Below, piece by piece: positions 8,844 to 19,329 of a DNA stretch of 64,000 nucleotides (position 1 is its first letter; each line of letters starts with the position of its first letter). Made by a program: the position numbers and the translations under genes. This stretch comes from an uncultured delta proteobacterium (GTDB lineage Bacteria; Desulfobacterota; Binatia; Binatales; Binataceae), in assembly GCA_963842085.1 (NCBI GenBank), contig CAWJET010000001.1, positions 2,176,001 to 2,240,000 on the forward strand. The letters run 5' to 3'. Below the pieces are notes generated by a model. It ran no database searches and had not been told where the DNA came from. It saw only the letters and a list, made by a program, of their open reading frames with translations.

Positions 8844-10229
8844 CTAGAGCATCGGCCCCATGCATCCGGTGATCGCTTCTTCCAGTCGCTCGATCACCGA
8901 TCGCTCTTGCCATACTGATGAATCGATCTGTTGGGAATTTTCGAGATCGTTCATGAATTGCGCGTTCATTTCCTGGCCGAACGGCACGCTCAGGACCACC
9001 GTGTTGATCTCGTCGTTGCGCGCGATGCTCCACCAATCGAGATTCGAGGAACCAACCGTGGACCAGACTCCGTCGATCGTCGCGGTCTTGGCATGCAGCA
9101 TTTTGCCTTGCCAGAGATAAATCTTGACGCCGGCGTCGAGCAGCGGGGAAAAAGTCGAACGCGCGGCCGGGCCGATCAACGGCTCGTTGCTGCGCCCCGG
9201 AAGGAGCAGGCGCACATCCACGCCACGGCGCGCCGCGCCTTCGAGCGCCTCGAGCATCTGCGGGCCCGGCGAAAAGTAGGCGTCGGTGATGTAGATGTTA
9301 GTGTCGGCATTGCGGATAGCGGACATGAGAGTCACATAGATCGTGCTGAATTCCTTGGGCACACTTCCGAGTACGCGAACGATCGTATGGCCATGCCTCT
9401 CGAGCGGCGGATAGTAATCCGAAAACTTCAGCGACGCGCCACCTTGCTGGAGCCAGTGGACGCTGAACGATTCCTGGAATTCGGACACTACGGGACCCTC
9501 GACTTGGACGTCGGTGTCGCGCCACGATTTCATGATTTCGTCAGGCGAACTTTTTGGCCTGAAGTAGCCGTCGCTGAAATATACACCCGAGATGTTGATG
9601 CCGCCGGTGATTGCGAGCGCACCGTCCACCACCATCAGCTTACGATGATCGCGATGCAGGAAGGACCATCGAAAGCCGGGAGCGAACGGATTGAGCGGGT
9701 CGAACTCGACCAGCTGGATTCCGCTAGACCGCATACGCTCGAAGAGGCTGGCGGGCGTAAGCACGGAGCCGAAGCCGTCGTAAATTATATTGACCTGCAC
9801 GCCCTGTTGCTGCTTTGCGATTAGCGCGTTCGCCAACTGATTTCCGATCCGATCGTCGTCGAAGATGTAGGTTTCGAGGTTGATATTATGCGTCGCCCCC
9901 TCGATCGCAGCGAACATCGCACGATACGTGGCCGGACCGTTCTCGAGCAAAGTGACTTTGTTTCCCAGTACCAATGGGCTTGCGCTGATTGCCTGTTCGA
10001 ACGCGAGATGGCGCTCCAGGTTGTCAGTCGTACCGCTTCGCGCTTCCAGCTTTTCTATGATTCTCTCGCTATGGCCGGCTGAAAGGGGGCCCTGGGCGCC
10101 GACGACCTTGGGCGCTTGCTCATACATGCTCGGGCGGCGAATCAGTGCGAACGCATTGGGCATGGTTCCGCACCCGCTCAGGCAATTCACGCCCGCGATC
10201 AGAATCAACGCTCGCCAAAGCGTCGCCAT
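8844..10229 (-). CDS. cls: Cardiolipin synthase (PLD family) with N-terminal lipobox
   Basis: Two HKD motifs (HRKLMVVD, HAKTATID); GSSNLD; LSGC lipobox; start uncertain (ORF open to 10484). Confidence 0.88.
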   Translation of the reverse strand: MATLWRALILIAGVNCLSGCGTMPNAFALIRRPSMYEQAPKVVGAQGPLSAGHSERIIEKLEARSGTTDNLERHLAFEQAISASPLVLGNKVTLLENGPATYRAMFAAIEGATHNINLETYIFDDDRIGNQLANALIAKQQQGVQVNIIYDGFGSVLTPASLFERMRSSGIQLVEFDPLNPFAPGFRWSFLHRDHRKLMVVDGALAITGGINISGVYFSDGYFRPKSSPDEIMKSWRDTDVQVEGPVVSEFQESFSVHWLQQGGASLKFSDYYPPLERHGHTIVRVLGSVPKEFSTIYVTLMSAIRNADTNIYITDAYFSPGPQMLEALEGAARRGVDVRLLLPGRSNEPLIGPAARSTFSPLLDAGVKIYLWQGKMLHAKTATIDGVWSTVGSSNLDWWSIARNDEINTVVLSVPFGQEMNAQFMNDLENSQQIDSSVWQERSVIERLEEAITGCMGPML

Positions 10230-10519
10230 CAAGCCGCTTTGGCTTTCATCAACCGGTTTATCGCCGGGGCGAGTGGTGGTTCGGATTCGCAGTAGTCCTG
10301 CCATGTTGTAGGCGGGGCGATGAGGCTGGCGCGTCGCGTCAAGCGGGTCTCGGCGAAATCCAGGCGCGGATAAAACGCGTAAACCGAATCCAGCGATCCG
10401 CTTCGAAGACCGCCACCACCCGTGGCGTAGATGATCAACGGGATGGAAAAGAGCACCCTGTGGTTCCCAGGATTCCACAATCATTACATGTCAGCCGAGA
10501 CTATTTGTATGACGCTAAA

Positions 10520-10535
10520 AGCATCTCTTGTGCCC
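10520..10535 (-). promoter_or_regulatory. Putative sigma-54 promoter upstream of cls
   Basis: Minus strand GGGCACAAGAGATGCT = GGCAC...GC with GG-N10-GC spacing. Confidence 0.55.
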
Positions 10536-10780
10536 GAATGAACTATAGGGATTTCGGTACGACCGGCGCGGGGAGACCTGTAGAATTTACAGCTTCCCTG
10601 GAGCTACCGAATAGCCGTTTTTTCGAAGGCGGGAACTATGTAATGGCTGTTGTCATTCGTGGCAAGGGTCACCTGCTCGGACTTGCCCCGGTGGTGAAAT
10701 ACGTAAATCCGAGAGGCGCGGGAGCCCTCTGCGACAGTAGCTCATCGAACAAGATGTCGTCCATCCGCCCTGCGCGGCAT

Positions 10781-11656
10781 CTACTCCGCGGCCGTCACCG
10801 GTATAAAGCCGGCTGTTCCATTCTTCAGACTGATCTGCAGGTAGTTGCCGGTGATCCCGGTTACGTGGACGTACTTCCTGCGCCGCACTTGCGCGACGGT
10901 GGGACTGGTGTCGTCGGGATTTTGATACACCGGCCTATTTTTCGTCAACAGGAACAGCTTGTTGAGCGGCTTGATCTTCGGCGCGACGGCTTCGGGCGCG
11001 GACGCCGTCACCGTCGCGGCTCCCGCCGGCGCCGCGGCCGCCGGGGGCATCAGCTTGGCGTCGAGCGCCCGTACCTCGTCGAACTCCGCGTTGGCCTCGG
11101 CCGCGCGCGCCGGCTCGGTCGCGACCAGATTCGCCAGCGCCAGGTGGGCCTTCGCATCCTTGGGGCTGAGTCCGATTGCGGTGCGGATTTGATCTTCAGC
11201 CTCGGCGGTTTTGCCTTCCTGTCTGAGCACCTCGGCCAGATCGAGATGGTAGTTGGAGCGGTCCGGCTCGAGCGCTACCGCGGCGCGGTACTGATTCTCG
11301 GCCAATCCGCGCTGGTTCTGATCGCCATAGAGGTTGCCCAGCGCGACGTGAGTCGCCGCATTTTTCGGATCGATCTCGAGGACTTTCATGAATTCAACTT
11401 GCGCGTCGCCCGGCTTGTGCTCGAATACGTAGAGATTTCCAAGTGCGATATGGACGCGCGGATCGTTGGGCGCGAGCTTGGCCGCCTCCTGATAAGCCGT
11501 TTCCGCGTCGGCCAGCTTCGTCGCCTGCATGGCAGCGTCGCCTTCGGCGAGAAAATCCTCCGCGGTCTGATGATGGCATCCGACCCCCGCCAGGGTCATC
11601 GCGCCGGTCACGATCATCGCTGCGGTCCAGGTCAATAGGCTTCGCTTCCTGTTCAT
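10781..11656 (-). CDS. TPR-repeat lipoprotein with C-terminal SH3b-like domain
   Basis: Lipobox GVGC; TPR repeats (xxALGNLY...P); C-terminal VHVTG...LKNGTAGFIP. Confidence 0.8.
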   Translation of the reverse strand: MNRKRSLLTWTAAMIVTGAMTLAGVGCHHQTAEDFLAEGDAAMQATKLADAETAYQEAAKLAPNDPRVHIALGNLYVFEHKPGDAQVEFMKVLEIDPKNAATHVALGNLYGDQNQRGLAENQYRAAVALEPDRSNYHLDLAEVLRQEGKTAEAEDQIRTAIGLSPKDAKAHLALANLVATEPARAAEANAEFDEVRALDAKLMPPAAAAPAGAATVTASAPEAVAPKIKPLNKLFLLTKNRPVYQNPDDTSPTVAQVRRRKYVHVTGITGNYLQISLKNGTAGFIPVTAAE

Positions 11657-11919
11657 CGGTGAGGTTCCTCCAAGCAGGAATTTTCATTTTCAATATTGAA
11701 TCGGATCAGCACTGACAACCGGGCGTTCTGCAAATGCGAATTTAACTCCGGCTTTGAATCCAAAAGTGTTTCGAGCGCGCCGCAACCGAGCACTTCTGCC
11801 TCGTCGCTCGCATAACCCTAAAGCAACCATGGGGCCACGACCGGGATCCGTTATTTGCAGGGGTTTTTTCAGAGACGAGCGGTAATTTTCTTCACGCTTC
11901 AAAAAAGCCGGGAAGCGAG

Positions 11920-12495
11920 TTGTCTGAGATTTGGCGTGGGAAAGAGAAACGCTACGGTGTGGGTGTGTTGGCTGAATCAGCGAGTTTCGGCAGCGGCGCG
12001 AGCACCGCTTGGCCAGCAGAGCGGCCGGCGCGCTGCAACACACGTCGGCCTCCGATCCAAAACGAGAGAGTTTTTCAGCCGCCCTCAAATGGTGAAGGGT
12101 GGCGGAAAAACTATAGTCAACCCACCGGGATTGTTGCTGGCGGCGACGGCAATCTGTGGATCGTGGAATCTCACGCGAACCGGATTGCAAGGATGACACC
12201 CCGAGGCGCCGTGATCAGCGAGTTCGCGTTATCTTCCGATGCCGAGCCCTTCGATATCACCGCTCATCCTGACGGGAGCATCTGGAAAACCTCGCGCGAA
12301 GACTCCGCGATTTGGCGAATCTCTCCAAATGGAGTCGGAGTTCAAGCATTCCACTTGGGCGAGAAGAGCTTGCCAGCGCTCATCGCTGTGGGGCCTGACG
12401 GCAACATTTGGTTCGCTGATATGAGCGGAAAGCTCGGGCGGGTCACCGGCTACGGTTTCGTGAGCGAATTTCCAGTCACCGCCGAATCGCGCTAG
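11920..12495 (+). pseudogene. Virginiamycin B lyase (Vgb)-like beta-propeller fragment
   Basis: Only about 3 P-GI-xGPDG-WF-type blades, from ~12110; the N-terminal part is unrelated. Confidence 0.6.
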
Positions 12496-12741
12496 TCGAA
12501 TCTATCTTCTTTAGGACGTTCTCGCTCCCAAACACTCACGAAGTGGAGGCGATTACTCTGTAAATCTTACCGCAACAGCATTCAAATAGAATCAGTTAGG
12601 CCTGCTCGAAACAAAATACCAACTCATACAAGAGTACGTTCGCCAGATTGCCAGTAATCTCGAGGGATGGCTTCCGGCCTTCCATAAAAATTTTTCACTC
12701 GCTCTAGCAAGTAAAGGCCAAGTACTCCAACGAAATCATGC

Positions 12742-12757
12742 AGGCATGGATTGTGCT
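12742..12757 (+). promoter_or_regulatory. Putative sigma-54 promoter
   Basis: AGGCATGGATTGTGCT = GG-N10-GC, ~100 bp upstream of the glycine-zipper gene. Confidence 0.5.
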
Positions 12758-12856
12758 CTGACCTGCAACTCAGAAATGGCGCATCCTGTAGGCTAGCTAA
12801 CCCTCGATGCCACCGGGCACAAGGCTATCCTACGAGAGATGAAGGAGGATCGGCCT

Positions 12857-13270
12857 ATGAGTATTTGCGCACACATCTTCCCGCGCACTGATTGGAGATT
12901 GATGGCCTGTTCGCTGGCTATCGCGACAATGCTGTGGATCGTTGCAATGACCCTGACGGGATGCTCGGGAACTCCTCTGAGCACCCGCGAGAAAGGAACT
13001 CTGGCCGGCGGCGCTATCGGCGCCGGCAGTGGCGCGATAATCGGCTCAGCGGTCGGAGCACCCGGGGCGGGCGCCGCGATCGGCGGTGCTCTGGGCGCCG
13101 GCACCGGGTTCATTGTCGGCAACGAATTACAAAACGGTGAAATCCGCAACGCACGGACTCAGGCACAGGTCTCCGCGCAACAGCGCGAGATCAACTCGCA
13201 GCATAGTGAGATCGAACACCTGGAGCAGGAGCAGGAAACCGAATGGGTCGCGGTAACTGCGGCCAGCTAA
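12857..13270 (+). CDS. Glycine-zipper lipoprotein
   Basis: Lipobox LTGC; GGAIGAGSGAIIG...GAAIGGALGAG zipper; coiled-coil tail. Confidence 0.85.
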   Translation: MSICAHIFPRTDWRLMACSLAIATMLWIVAMTLTGCSGTPLSTREKGTLAGGAIGAGSGAIIGSAVGAPGAGAAIGGALGAGTGFIVGNELQNGEIRNARTQAQVSAQQREINSQHSEIEHLEQEQETEWVAVTAAS

Positions 13271-13448
13271 CGGGACCTAGGGTTGCGGGTTGGAAATGGG
13301 ATGATGAGTACGGCCGTCAGCCGAAGATGAACTCGCGTTGTCGATGCCGTCCGTAATGAACTTGACGCTGGGCTCTCTGCCAGACTAAAGAGATCAACTG
13401 ATCGTAAAATCAAAACGGAAATTCCGGTTGACGTAGGGAGGATTCACC

Positions 13449-14021
13449 GTGCGAATCGCGCATTTATCAGACGCTGTACGCATCGCGGTCGGAGTCTTCG
13501 CCGGGGCGGGTTTACTTTTCACCGCTGGTGGATGCCTTGCCACCCGCGCTTGGGTCGGAGATCAGCTGCGCCCGATCACGGGCCAGCAAGAGAAGCTGGA
13601 AACCCAGCTGAACAATCTCCACCTTGAGCGGAAGCTGGTCCTGGATTCGACCACGGGGCCGACCTTCGCAGTCGGATCCGCTGCCTTGACCCCGAACGCC
13701 AAGCGCGAGATCGATCAATTCTTCGGAGATATGGAGGGATCGACCGGCTCCGGGTCCGCGCCGTCGGAGCGCGTCTTCGTGGTCGCCGGGTATACCGACA
13801 GCGTCGGCCATGAGGACTACAACTACGAGCTCGGACAGCGGCGCGCTACGAGCGTCGCTGGATATCTGGTCGGCAACAAGGGCCTCGACCCGACGCAGGT
13901 TCGCGTGGTTTCCTACGGCGCGAACAAGCCGGTTGCCGACAACAGCACACCGAGCGGTCGGCGTAAGAATCGGCGGGTCGAGATTCTCGTCTTCCAGGAA
14001 AGGATCGCGACCGGGAGCTGA
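13449..14021 (+). CDS. OmpA-family peptidoglycan-binding lipoprotein
   Basis: AGGC lipobox; GYTDSVG, LGQRRA, SYG, NRRVEI. Confidence 0.9.
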   Translation: MRIAHLSDAVRIAVGVFAGAGLLFTAGGCLATRAWVGDQLRPITGQQEKLETQLNNLHLERKLVLDSTTGPTFAVGSAALTPNAKREIDQFFGDMEGSTGSGSAPSERVFVVAGYTDSVGHEDYNYELGQRRATSVAGYLVGNKGLDPTQVRVVSYGANKPVADNSTPSGRRKNRRVEILVFQERIATGS

Positions 14022-14166
14022 TTCGTTCAGGCAACTTCTAACTGTCTTCGGCCGCCGCGCGAGTGCCGGCCTTCATCGGGCCCGTTCGCAGTGCTCCGGG
14101 CAGTGGGGGAAGGGATTCACGGAAGAACGATGGGCAGACGCTGATTGCCGAAACTCGAAACCCACC

Positions 14167-14928
14167 ATGCGACTGAAGGAAAAAGTTGCGATCGTGACCG
14201 GCGCCGCGAGCGGCATCGGCCGTTCGACAGCCATCCTCTTCGCTCGTGAAGGTGCGCGCCTCGTACTGAACGACATCGACGCGCAAGGGCTGAACGAACT
14301 CGTGCGGACGCTCCCGAACGATCGAGTGCGCTGCGCCATCGGCAGCGTGGCGAACGAGGACGTTGCGCGAAGGCTCGCACATGAGGCGATCGCGGCATTT
14401 GGCTGTGTCGATGTTTTGGTAAACAACGCCGGTGTTCACTTCGTCAAGGACATCACCGATATGACCGTGGAAGAGTGGGACCGGCTGATGGACGTTAATC
14501 TGAAAAGCATGTTCGTGTGCTGCAAGCATGTTATCCCGCACATGCTCAAGCGCCGGAAGGGAGCGATCGTCAATCTGGCGTCGATCTCGTCGTTCATCGG
14601 ACAGGAGATGAACGGCGCGAGCACCTTTGCCTACAACATCACGAAGGCGGGCGCGCTGCAGCTCACGAAGTCACTCGCGACGCGCTACGCGTCCGACGGT
14701 ATTCGCGTCAACTGCGTATGTCCCGGCAACGTCGAGACAAACATCCTCAAGCGGCCCACGCCGGCTGAGGTCGCGGAGTTCTGGCGCGACGCGTCTCGCG
14801 CGGAGCCCGTCGGACGGAACGCGCAGCCCGAGGAAATCGCTAACGCAATTCTGTTCCTTGCGTCGGACGAGTCCTCGTTTGTTACCGGAGCCCCGTTGAT
14901 CGTAGATGGCGGATACCTGGCGCGCTAG
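14167..14928 (+). CDS. SDR family oxidoreductase
   Basis: TGAASGIG, NNAG, YNITK, VDGG. Confidence 0.92.
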   Translation: MRLKEKVAIVTGAASGIGRSTAILFAREGARLVLNDIDAQGLNELVRTLPNDRVRCAIGSVANEDVARRLAHEAIAAFGCVDVLVNNAGVHFVKDITDMTVEEWDRLMDVNLKSMFVCCKHVIPHMLKRRKGAIVNLASISSFIGQEMNGASTFAYNITKAGALQLTKSLATRYASDGIRVNCVCPGNVETNILKRPTPAEVAEFWRDASRAEPVGRNAQPEEIANAILFLASDESSFVTGAPLIVDGGYLAR

Positions 14929-14946
14929 AAAATCCGACACCAATCT

Positions 14947-15936
14947 CTAGCGTCCCAGCTTCGCATACAGATCAGCCTCGGCCTTCGCCACCGGCGATTC
15001 GAGCACCTCGCCCAGCAATTGATGAAAGTTCGGCGACCCGGCTGCCTGCTCCGCCGCCCAGCGCTTCGCGAATGTTCCGTTACGGATTTCGGCGATCGCT
15101 TTACGCATCAACGCTTCCACATCCTCACCGATGAACTGTGCGCCGTGTGTAAGTTGCCCGAACTGGCTGGTGTGCGAATGCAACTTGAGCTGGTTCCAAA
15201 TCCCCATCGAGGCCATCGCGCGACCGATCTCGCCCAATTCGCCCGATGCGTACAGTTCCAATAGCGCGACCTCAGAACTCACTCCGGCCTCCGTCAGAAG
15301 TTTGTAAGCGCGTTCAAGCAGGAAAAGCATCGCGCCGGCCCACGTATGCTCGGAGAACAGATCGACCAGCGTCTCCTCCTCGAAGCTCGATTCCACCACC
15401 GCGCCATGTGGCAGAAAGGCGCCGATTCCGTGCGCAATCGCCAACGTCGTTGCCAGCGCGCGACCGGAGGGATCCTGCCTGACGCCGACCAGGACAGGAA
15501 ATCCCTCGCCGCGTGCAGGTAGTTCGAGCACGCCCTGGCCAATCATCCGCGGCGCGACGAGCGCGACGTCGACCTCTGCGGGCGGCACAATGAATTTGTA
15601 AGTGATGTTGTAACCGCTGGCGAAGACCAGCGTTTTGCCGTAGCTCAGCTGCGGTTCGATCATGCGCCGGTAGATGTCGGGTGCGATCTCGTCGGGCAGC
15701 AGCAGCAGGATGACGTTCGCGCGAGCGGCAGCCGCGCCCATCGTGAGCGTCTCAAAACCGTCGGCCTTCGCCTTGCGCCAACTGTCGTCCTCCTGGTTGC
15801 CGACGACTACCTGATGACCTGCTCGGCGCAGATTGATAGCCTGCGATCGTCCCTGATTGCCATAGCCGATTATCGCGATGGTCCTGCCGCTGAGGACCGC
15901 GGGATCTGCTTCGTTCGCGGCGAAAAACCTGGCCAT
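14947..15936 (-). CDS. ilvC: Ketol-acid reductoisomerase-like protein (divergent IlvC)
   Basis: IIGYGNQG, LLLPDE, EETLVDLFSEH, SHTSQFG, IRNGTFAK. Confidence 0.75.
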   Translation of the reverse strand: MARFFAANEADPAVLSGRTIAIIGYGNQGRSQAINLRRAGHQVVVGNQEDDSWRKAKADGFETLTMGAAAARANVILLLLPDEIAPDIYRRMIEPQLSYGKTLVFASGYNITYKFIVPPAEVDVALVAPRMIGQGVLELPARGEGFPVLVGVRQDPSGRALATTLAIAHGIGAFLPHGAVVESSFEEETLVDLFSEHTWAGAMLFLLERAYKLLTEAGVSSEVALLELYASGELGEIGRAMASMGIWNQLKLHSHTSQFGQLTHGAQFIGEDVEALMRKAIAEIRNGTFAKRWAAEQAAGSPNFHQLLGEVLESPVAKAEADLYAKLGR

Positions 15937-16206
15937 TTCTCGTCCTCTCTGCGGTGGAAGTTTACACCAGGCGCGTCAAATTGCGAGTTGCTCAGAGGCC
16001 GGCTCGATCGATTCCAGTTCGACCGGAACGGAGAACGAAGCTTCAGGAGCGGAAGCGAAAGGAGAAGCAGGTTATGTTCACGTGCGATTGGCCGGGAGCG
16101 CTGGAGCGCCGCCCTCGACGCCGAATTTGCGCGATTTGCGCACGCACACTGAAATGTGGAGGAAAGTAAATTTGAACTGACGGTACCGATTCGAGAACTT
16201 CGGCGG

Positions 16207-16614
16207 CTATCTTCGGTTGCCGCCCGTCCGCTCTGGCTGGAGATCGAGCAGCATGTACCCTGGGAGGTTCGCGGCGCGAAGCGTCGCGCGCACCGCGCCA
16301 GGCAGGTGTGCCTCGGCGGTCTTGAAGTCCGCCACGCGGGGGTTCAACACGGTGAAGCGCCGGCCCATTTGCTCAATCTGGCAGCCGTGCGCCTTGACGA
16401 TATTGCGCGCCCAATCGACGTCGCGGCCGTAGGTCATGGGGACCACGAACGTCTCGTCGTGGCGGAAAGCGACCACCGGCGTATGATAGCCATGTCCGCT
16501 CCTTCGGCCGACATGGTGCACCACGGCCAACGGCGGCATCACCCGCGCAAGCGGGCCCAGGATGCGGTTGGTGCACACTCGGTTTATGCGTCGCATGAAG
16601 CGCGGGATGTGCAT
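16207..16614 (-). CDS. Deazaflavin (F420)-dependent nitroreductase family protein
   Basis: HVGRRSG-xY-TPV and YGRDVDWARN motifs. Confidence 0.85.
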   Translation of the reverse strand: MHIPRFMRRINRVCTNRILGPLARVMPPLAVVHHVGRRSGHGYHTPVVAFRHDETFVVPMTYGRDVDWARNIVKAHGCQIEQMGRRFTVLNPRVADFKTAEAHLPGAVRATLRAANLPGYMLLDLQPERTGGNRR

Positions 16615-17071
16615 CGGCGAGAGGGTATCCGTCGGCGATTCGAACCGCAATCGCTCCGCGATTCACCAATCAACGCCGTCGTTTTCAAGAACGTGTCGCT
16701 AAACGGGAATCACGCCTTTGAAGACGGTCCAAGAAAGAAAGAGTCTCCTCACGGTAAAATCTGTTGGGTCCTCCGTCAAACTGGCTCTCAGTCGCGAGTC
16801 CGGCCTCTAACCAGCTCATTGATTTGGCGGCAGATCAGAATTGGACTGCCACCGATGCACGTGCCCGTCTAGCCTCAACACACAAGACTATGTGACGGTT
16901 CGTGGCTGGCGACGCCTCCAAGCTGCATGGTATAGCGGCTGAGTGTGAAGCCGGGCGGCTGAGGTGCGGGTCGAGGCGGAGCCACCCGGTTTGGGATGCA
17001 GCGACGCCCGGCGGCGCCGGTATCGCGTTCGACGGGCCGGGCCGCAGGGCGATTTGAGCGCGGAGGCAATA

Positions 17072-17482
17072 ATGGCAGCGCAAATAACTCACATTGGCAT
17101 CGTGGTTCGCGATCTCGATGCGGCCGTGAAGCTCTGGTCGGAGAATTTTGGCATGAAAGAGTTTCGGCGGATGGATATCGCGGCCGAGGGAATTCGGAGC
17201 GCCTTTCTTTCGCCGCAGGGAACGCCCGACGAGATGCACATCGAGCTGATGGAGCCCACCGACAAGGCGGACCTGAGCAACGCGGTGGCGCGCAGACTGG
17301 CTCAGGCAGGCGAGGGCTTCTACCATCTCGCGCTGCGGGTCGACGATGTCGAGGGAACCGGAAAGACGCTCGCCGGCAAGGGCCTTACGGTGATCGAGCG
17401 TGCGCCGGTCGCGGAAGGAGCTAAGCTTCGCTGGGTGGTGCACCCGAAGTCGTCGAGCGGCGTGCTGGTAGAGCTGATCTGA
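17072..17482 (+). CDS. VOC family protein (methylmalonyl-CoA epimerase-like)
   Basis: THIGIVVRDLD, IELMEP, GFYHLAL, HPKSSSGVLVEL; GGAGG RBS. Confidence 0.85.
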   Translation: MAAQITHIGIVVRDLDAAVKLWSENFGMKEFRRMDIAAEGIRSAFLSPQGTPDEMHIELMEPTDKADLSNAVARRLAQAGEGFYHLALRVDDVEGTGKTLAGKGLTVIERAPVAEGAKLRWVVHPKSSSGVLVELI

Positions 17483-17632
17483 TGGTTGGGACAAACGTAA
17501 AACCGCTTCGCTCTGCGCGCCGATGCGCGATCTATCAGAGCCCGCTTAACTCGTCCTTGTAGTTACCGGTATCCGAGTCGGCCGCGTTTGGTTCGCCTCA
17601 CTCGGCAATGATTGGCTGGTATAGGGGGTAAC

Positions 17633-18688
17633 ATGAAAGTCAGCATCGGGATCGGCGGCGCCGCGTCGGGCCGCAAGCGCGACTTCGACGAACAAGTCGA
17701 CTATGTCGTCGAAGCGGAAAAGCTCGGGGTGCATGCGGTCTGGACCGCCGAGGCATGGGGTCAGGACGCGATTTCGCCGCTCGCCTATATCGCCGCGCGC
17801 ACAAGCCGGATCCGGCTCGGCACCGGCATCATGCAGATCAGCGCGCGTGTGCCGGTGATGACCGCGATGACAGCGCTGACGATGGCCGCAATCAGCAACG
17901 ATCGCTTCATCCTCGGCCTCGGTACGAGCGGTCCGCAGGTCGTCGAAGGGCTGCACGGCCGGCCGTTCAAGGTGCCTCTCACGCGGATGAAAGAAACGGT
18001 AGAGATCATCAAACTGGCGTTTGCCGGCGAAAAGATCGAATACCACGGTAAGTATCACGAACTGCCGCTGCCGGGCGGACAGGGCAAGGCGCTACGGTTG
18101 TCACAACCCGCTAATCCGAACATTCCGATTTATCTCGCGACGCTCGGACCTCATGCGTTGGAATACACCGGTGCTGCGGCTGATGGTTGGCTCGGCACGT
18201 CGTTTACGCCGGAACACGCCGCTGCGCACCTCGACTATCTGCGCCGCGGCGCTGAATCGGCCGGGCGCAGCCTGGCCGACATCGACATTCAGGTCGGCGG
18301 CACGGTCGCGTTCGGCGACGATCTGGACGCGCTGGTGGAACCTTTGAAGCCCGCGATGGCGTTTACGCTCGGTGCGATGGGTTCAGCGACAACGAATTTC
18401 TACAACGATGCATTCAAACGGGGTGGATGGGAGGCGGCCGCGCGCGAAGTGCAGAGTCTCTGGGTCGCCGGAAAGCGTCCCGAAGCGATCGCCAAGGTAC
18501 CGCCCGAGATGGTGATCCAGGCGAATCTGCTGGGTGACACCGAGATGGTGCGCAATCGCATCCGGGCCTACAAGGCCGCCGGTGTCACGACGCTGCGCGT
18601 CGCTCCCGAAGGGCGCGATCTCGCGCAAAAACTCACCACGCTTGGGCGCGTCATGGAGCTGGTGCGCGCGGTCAACTCGGAAGGTTAA
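17633..18688 (+). CDS. LLM class (F420-dependent) oxidoreductase
   Basis: WTAEAWGQD, GLGTSGPQVVEGLHG. Confidence 0.88.
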   Translation: MKVSIGIGGAASGRKRDFDEQVDYVVEAEKLGVHAVWTAEAWGQDAISPLAYIAARTSRIRLGTGIMQISARVPVMTAMTALTMAAISNDRFILGLGTSGPQVVEGLHGRPFKVPLTRMKETVEIIKLAFAGEKIEYHGKYHELPLPGGQGKALRLSQPANPNIPIYLATLGPHALEYTGAAADGWLGTSFTPEHAAAHLDYLRRGAESAGRSLADIDIQVGGTVAFGDDLDALVEPLKPAMAFTLGAMGSATTNFYNDAFKRGGWEAAAREVQSLWVAGKRPEAIAKVPPEMVIQANLLGDTEMVRNRIRAYKAAGVTTLRVAPEGRDLAQKLTTLGRVMELVRAVNSEG

Positions 18689-18720
18689 GCTGAGTTCGTA
18701 TCGGATCGTGAATGATTTTG

Positions 18721-18896
18721 CCCTGGATTGTTCCCATCCCCGGCACCCGAAGGCCGGAGCGTCTGGAAGAGAACATCGGAGCAGTCGCAGTTGAACTTCG
18801 CCGGACGATCTCCGTGAGATCGAAAGCGCAGCGTCAAAGATTACGGTGCAAGGCGCTCGGTACCCGGAACACCTCGAGCGAATGACCAATCTCTGA
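18721..18896 (+). pseudogene. Aldo/keto reductase C-terminal remnant (frameshifted)
   Basis: Manual translation PWIVPIPGTRRPERLEENIGAVAVEL, then in another frame DDLREIESAASKITVQGARYPEHLERMTNL*. Confidence 0.75.
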
Positions 18897-19036
18897 GCGG
18901 ACGTGATGGCGGTCAGCAGGTTGATTGCTCCGGAATATGGCCCATCCATCTGGATCATTCCAAAAATGTCAAAACGCGGGATCGGCAATCCAATCGAACG
19001 GAAGACTTCAATGGCGCGAGCGGTCTCCAGAGTGTT

Positions 19037-19240
19037 GCGGACCAGCAGGTCCTTTCTCTGACCACGATCGGGCGTACGACGGGTTTGCCGCGCGAGATCG
19101 AGATTTGGTTCGTAGTCTGCCACGAGCGTTTCTACTTGTTCGCCGAACCGGGTGAAGCCGCGGGATGGGTCAAGAACATCAGGCCCAATCCCAAAGTAAC
19201 GGTCCGGATCGGGGAACGGAACGACGACGGCGTACACTAG
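19037..19240 (+). pseudogene. F420-dependent nitroreductase-family fragment
   Basis: Manual translation LTTIGRTTGLPREIEIWF...WVKNIRPNPKVTVRIG; no start codon; premature TAG. Confidence 0.7.
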
Positions 19241-19329
19241 TTCACCGAGCCCGATGGGCCGCGGAGAGCTGCGGCGAAGATGATCGATTGCCATGGAGCC
19301 TGTAGAAGTGCTGACAGAGCCAACGAACG

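Noticed and set aside
10145-11638. 497-aa plus-strand ORF
   Set aside because: Antisense to the TPR lipoprotein and the cls 5' region; no recognisable domain
13810-14166. N-terminal extension of the SDR ORF
   Set aside because: Overlaps the OmpA gene; SDR homology starts at 14167
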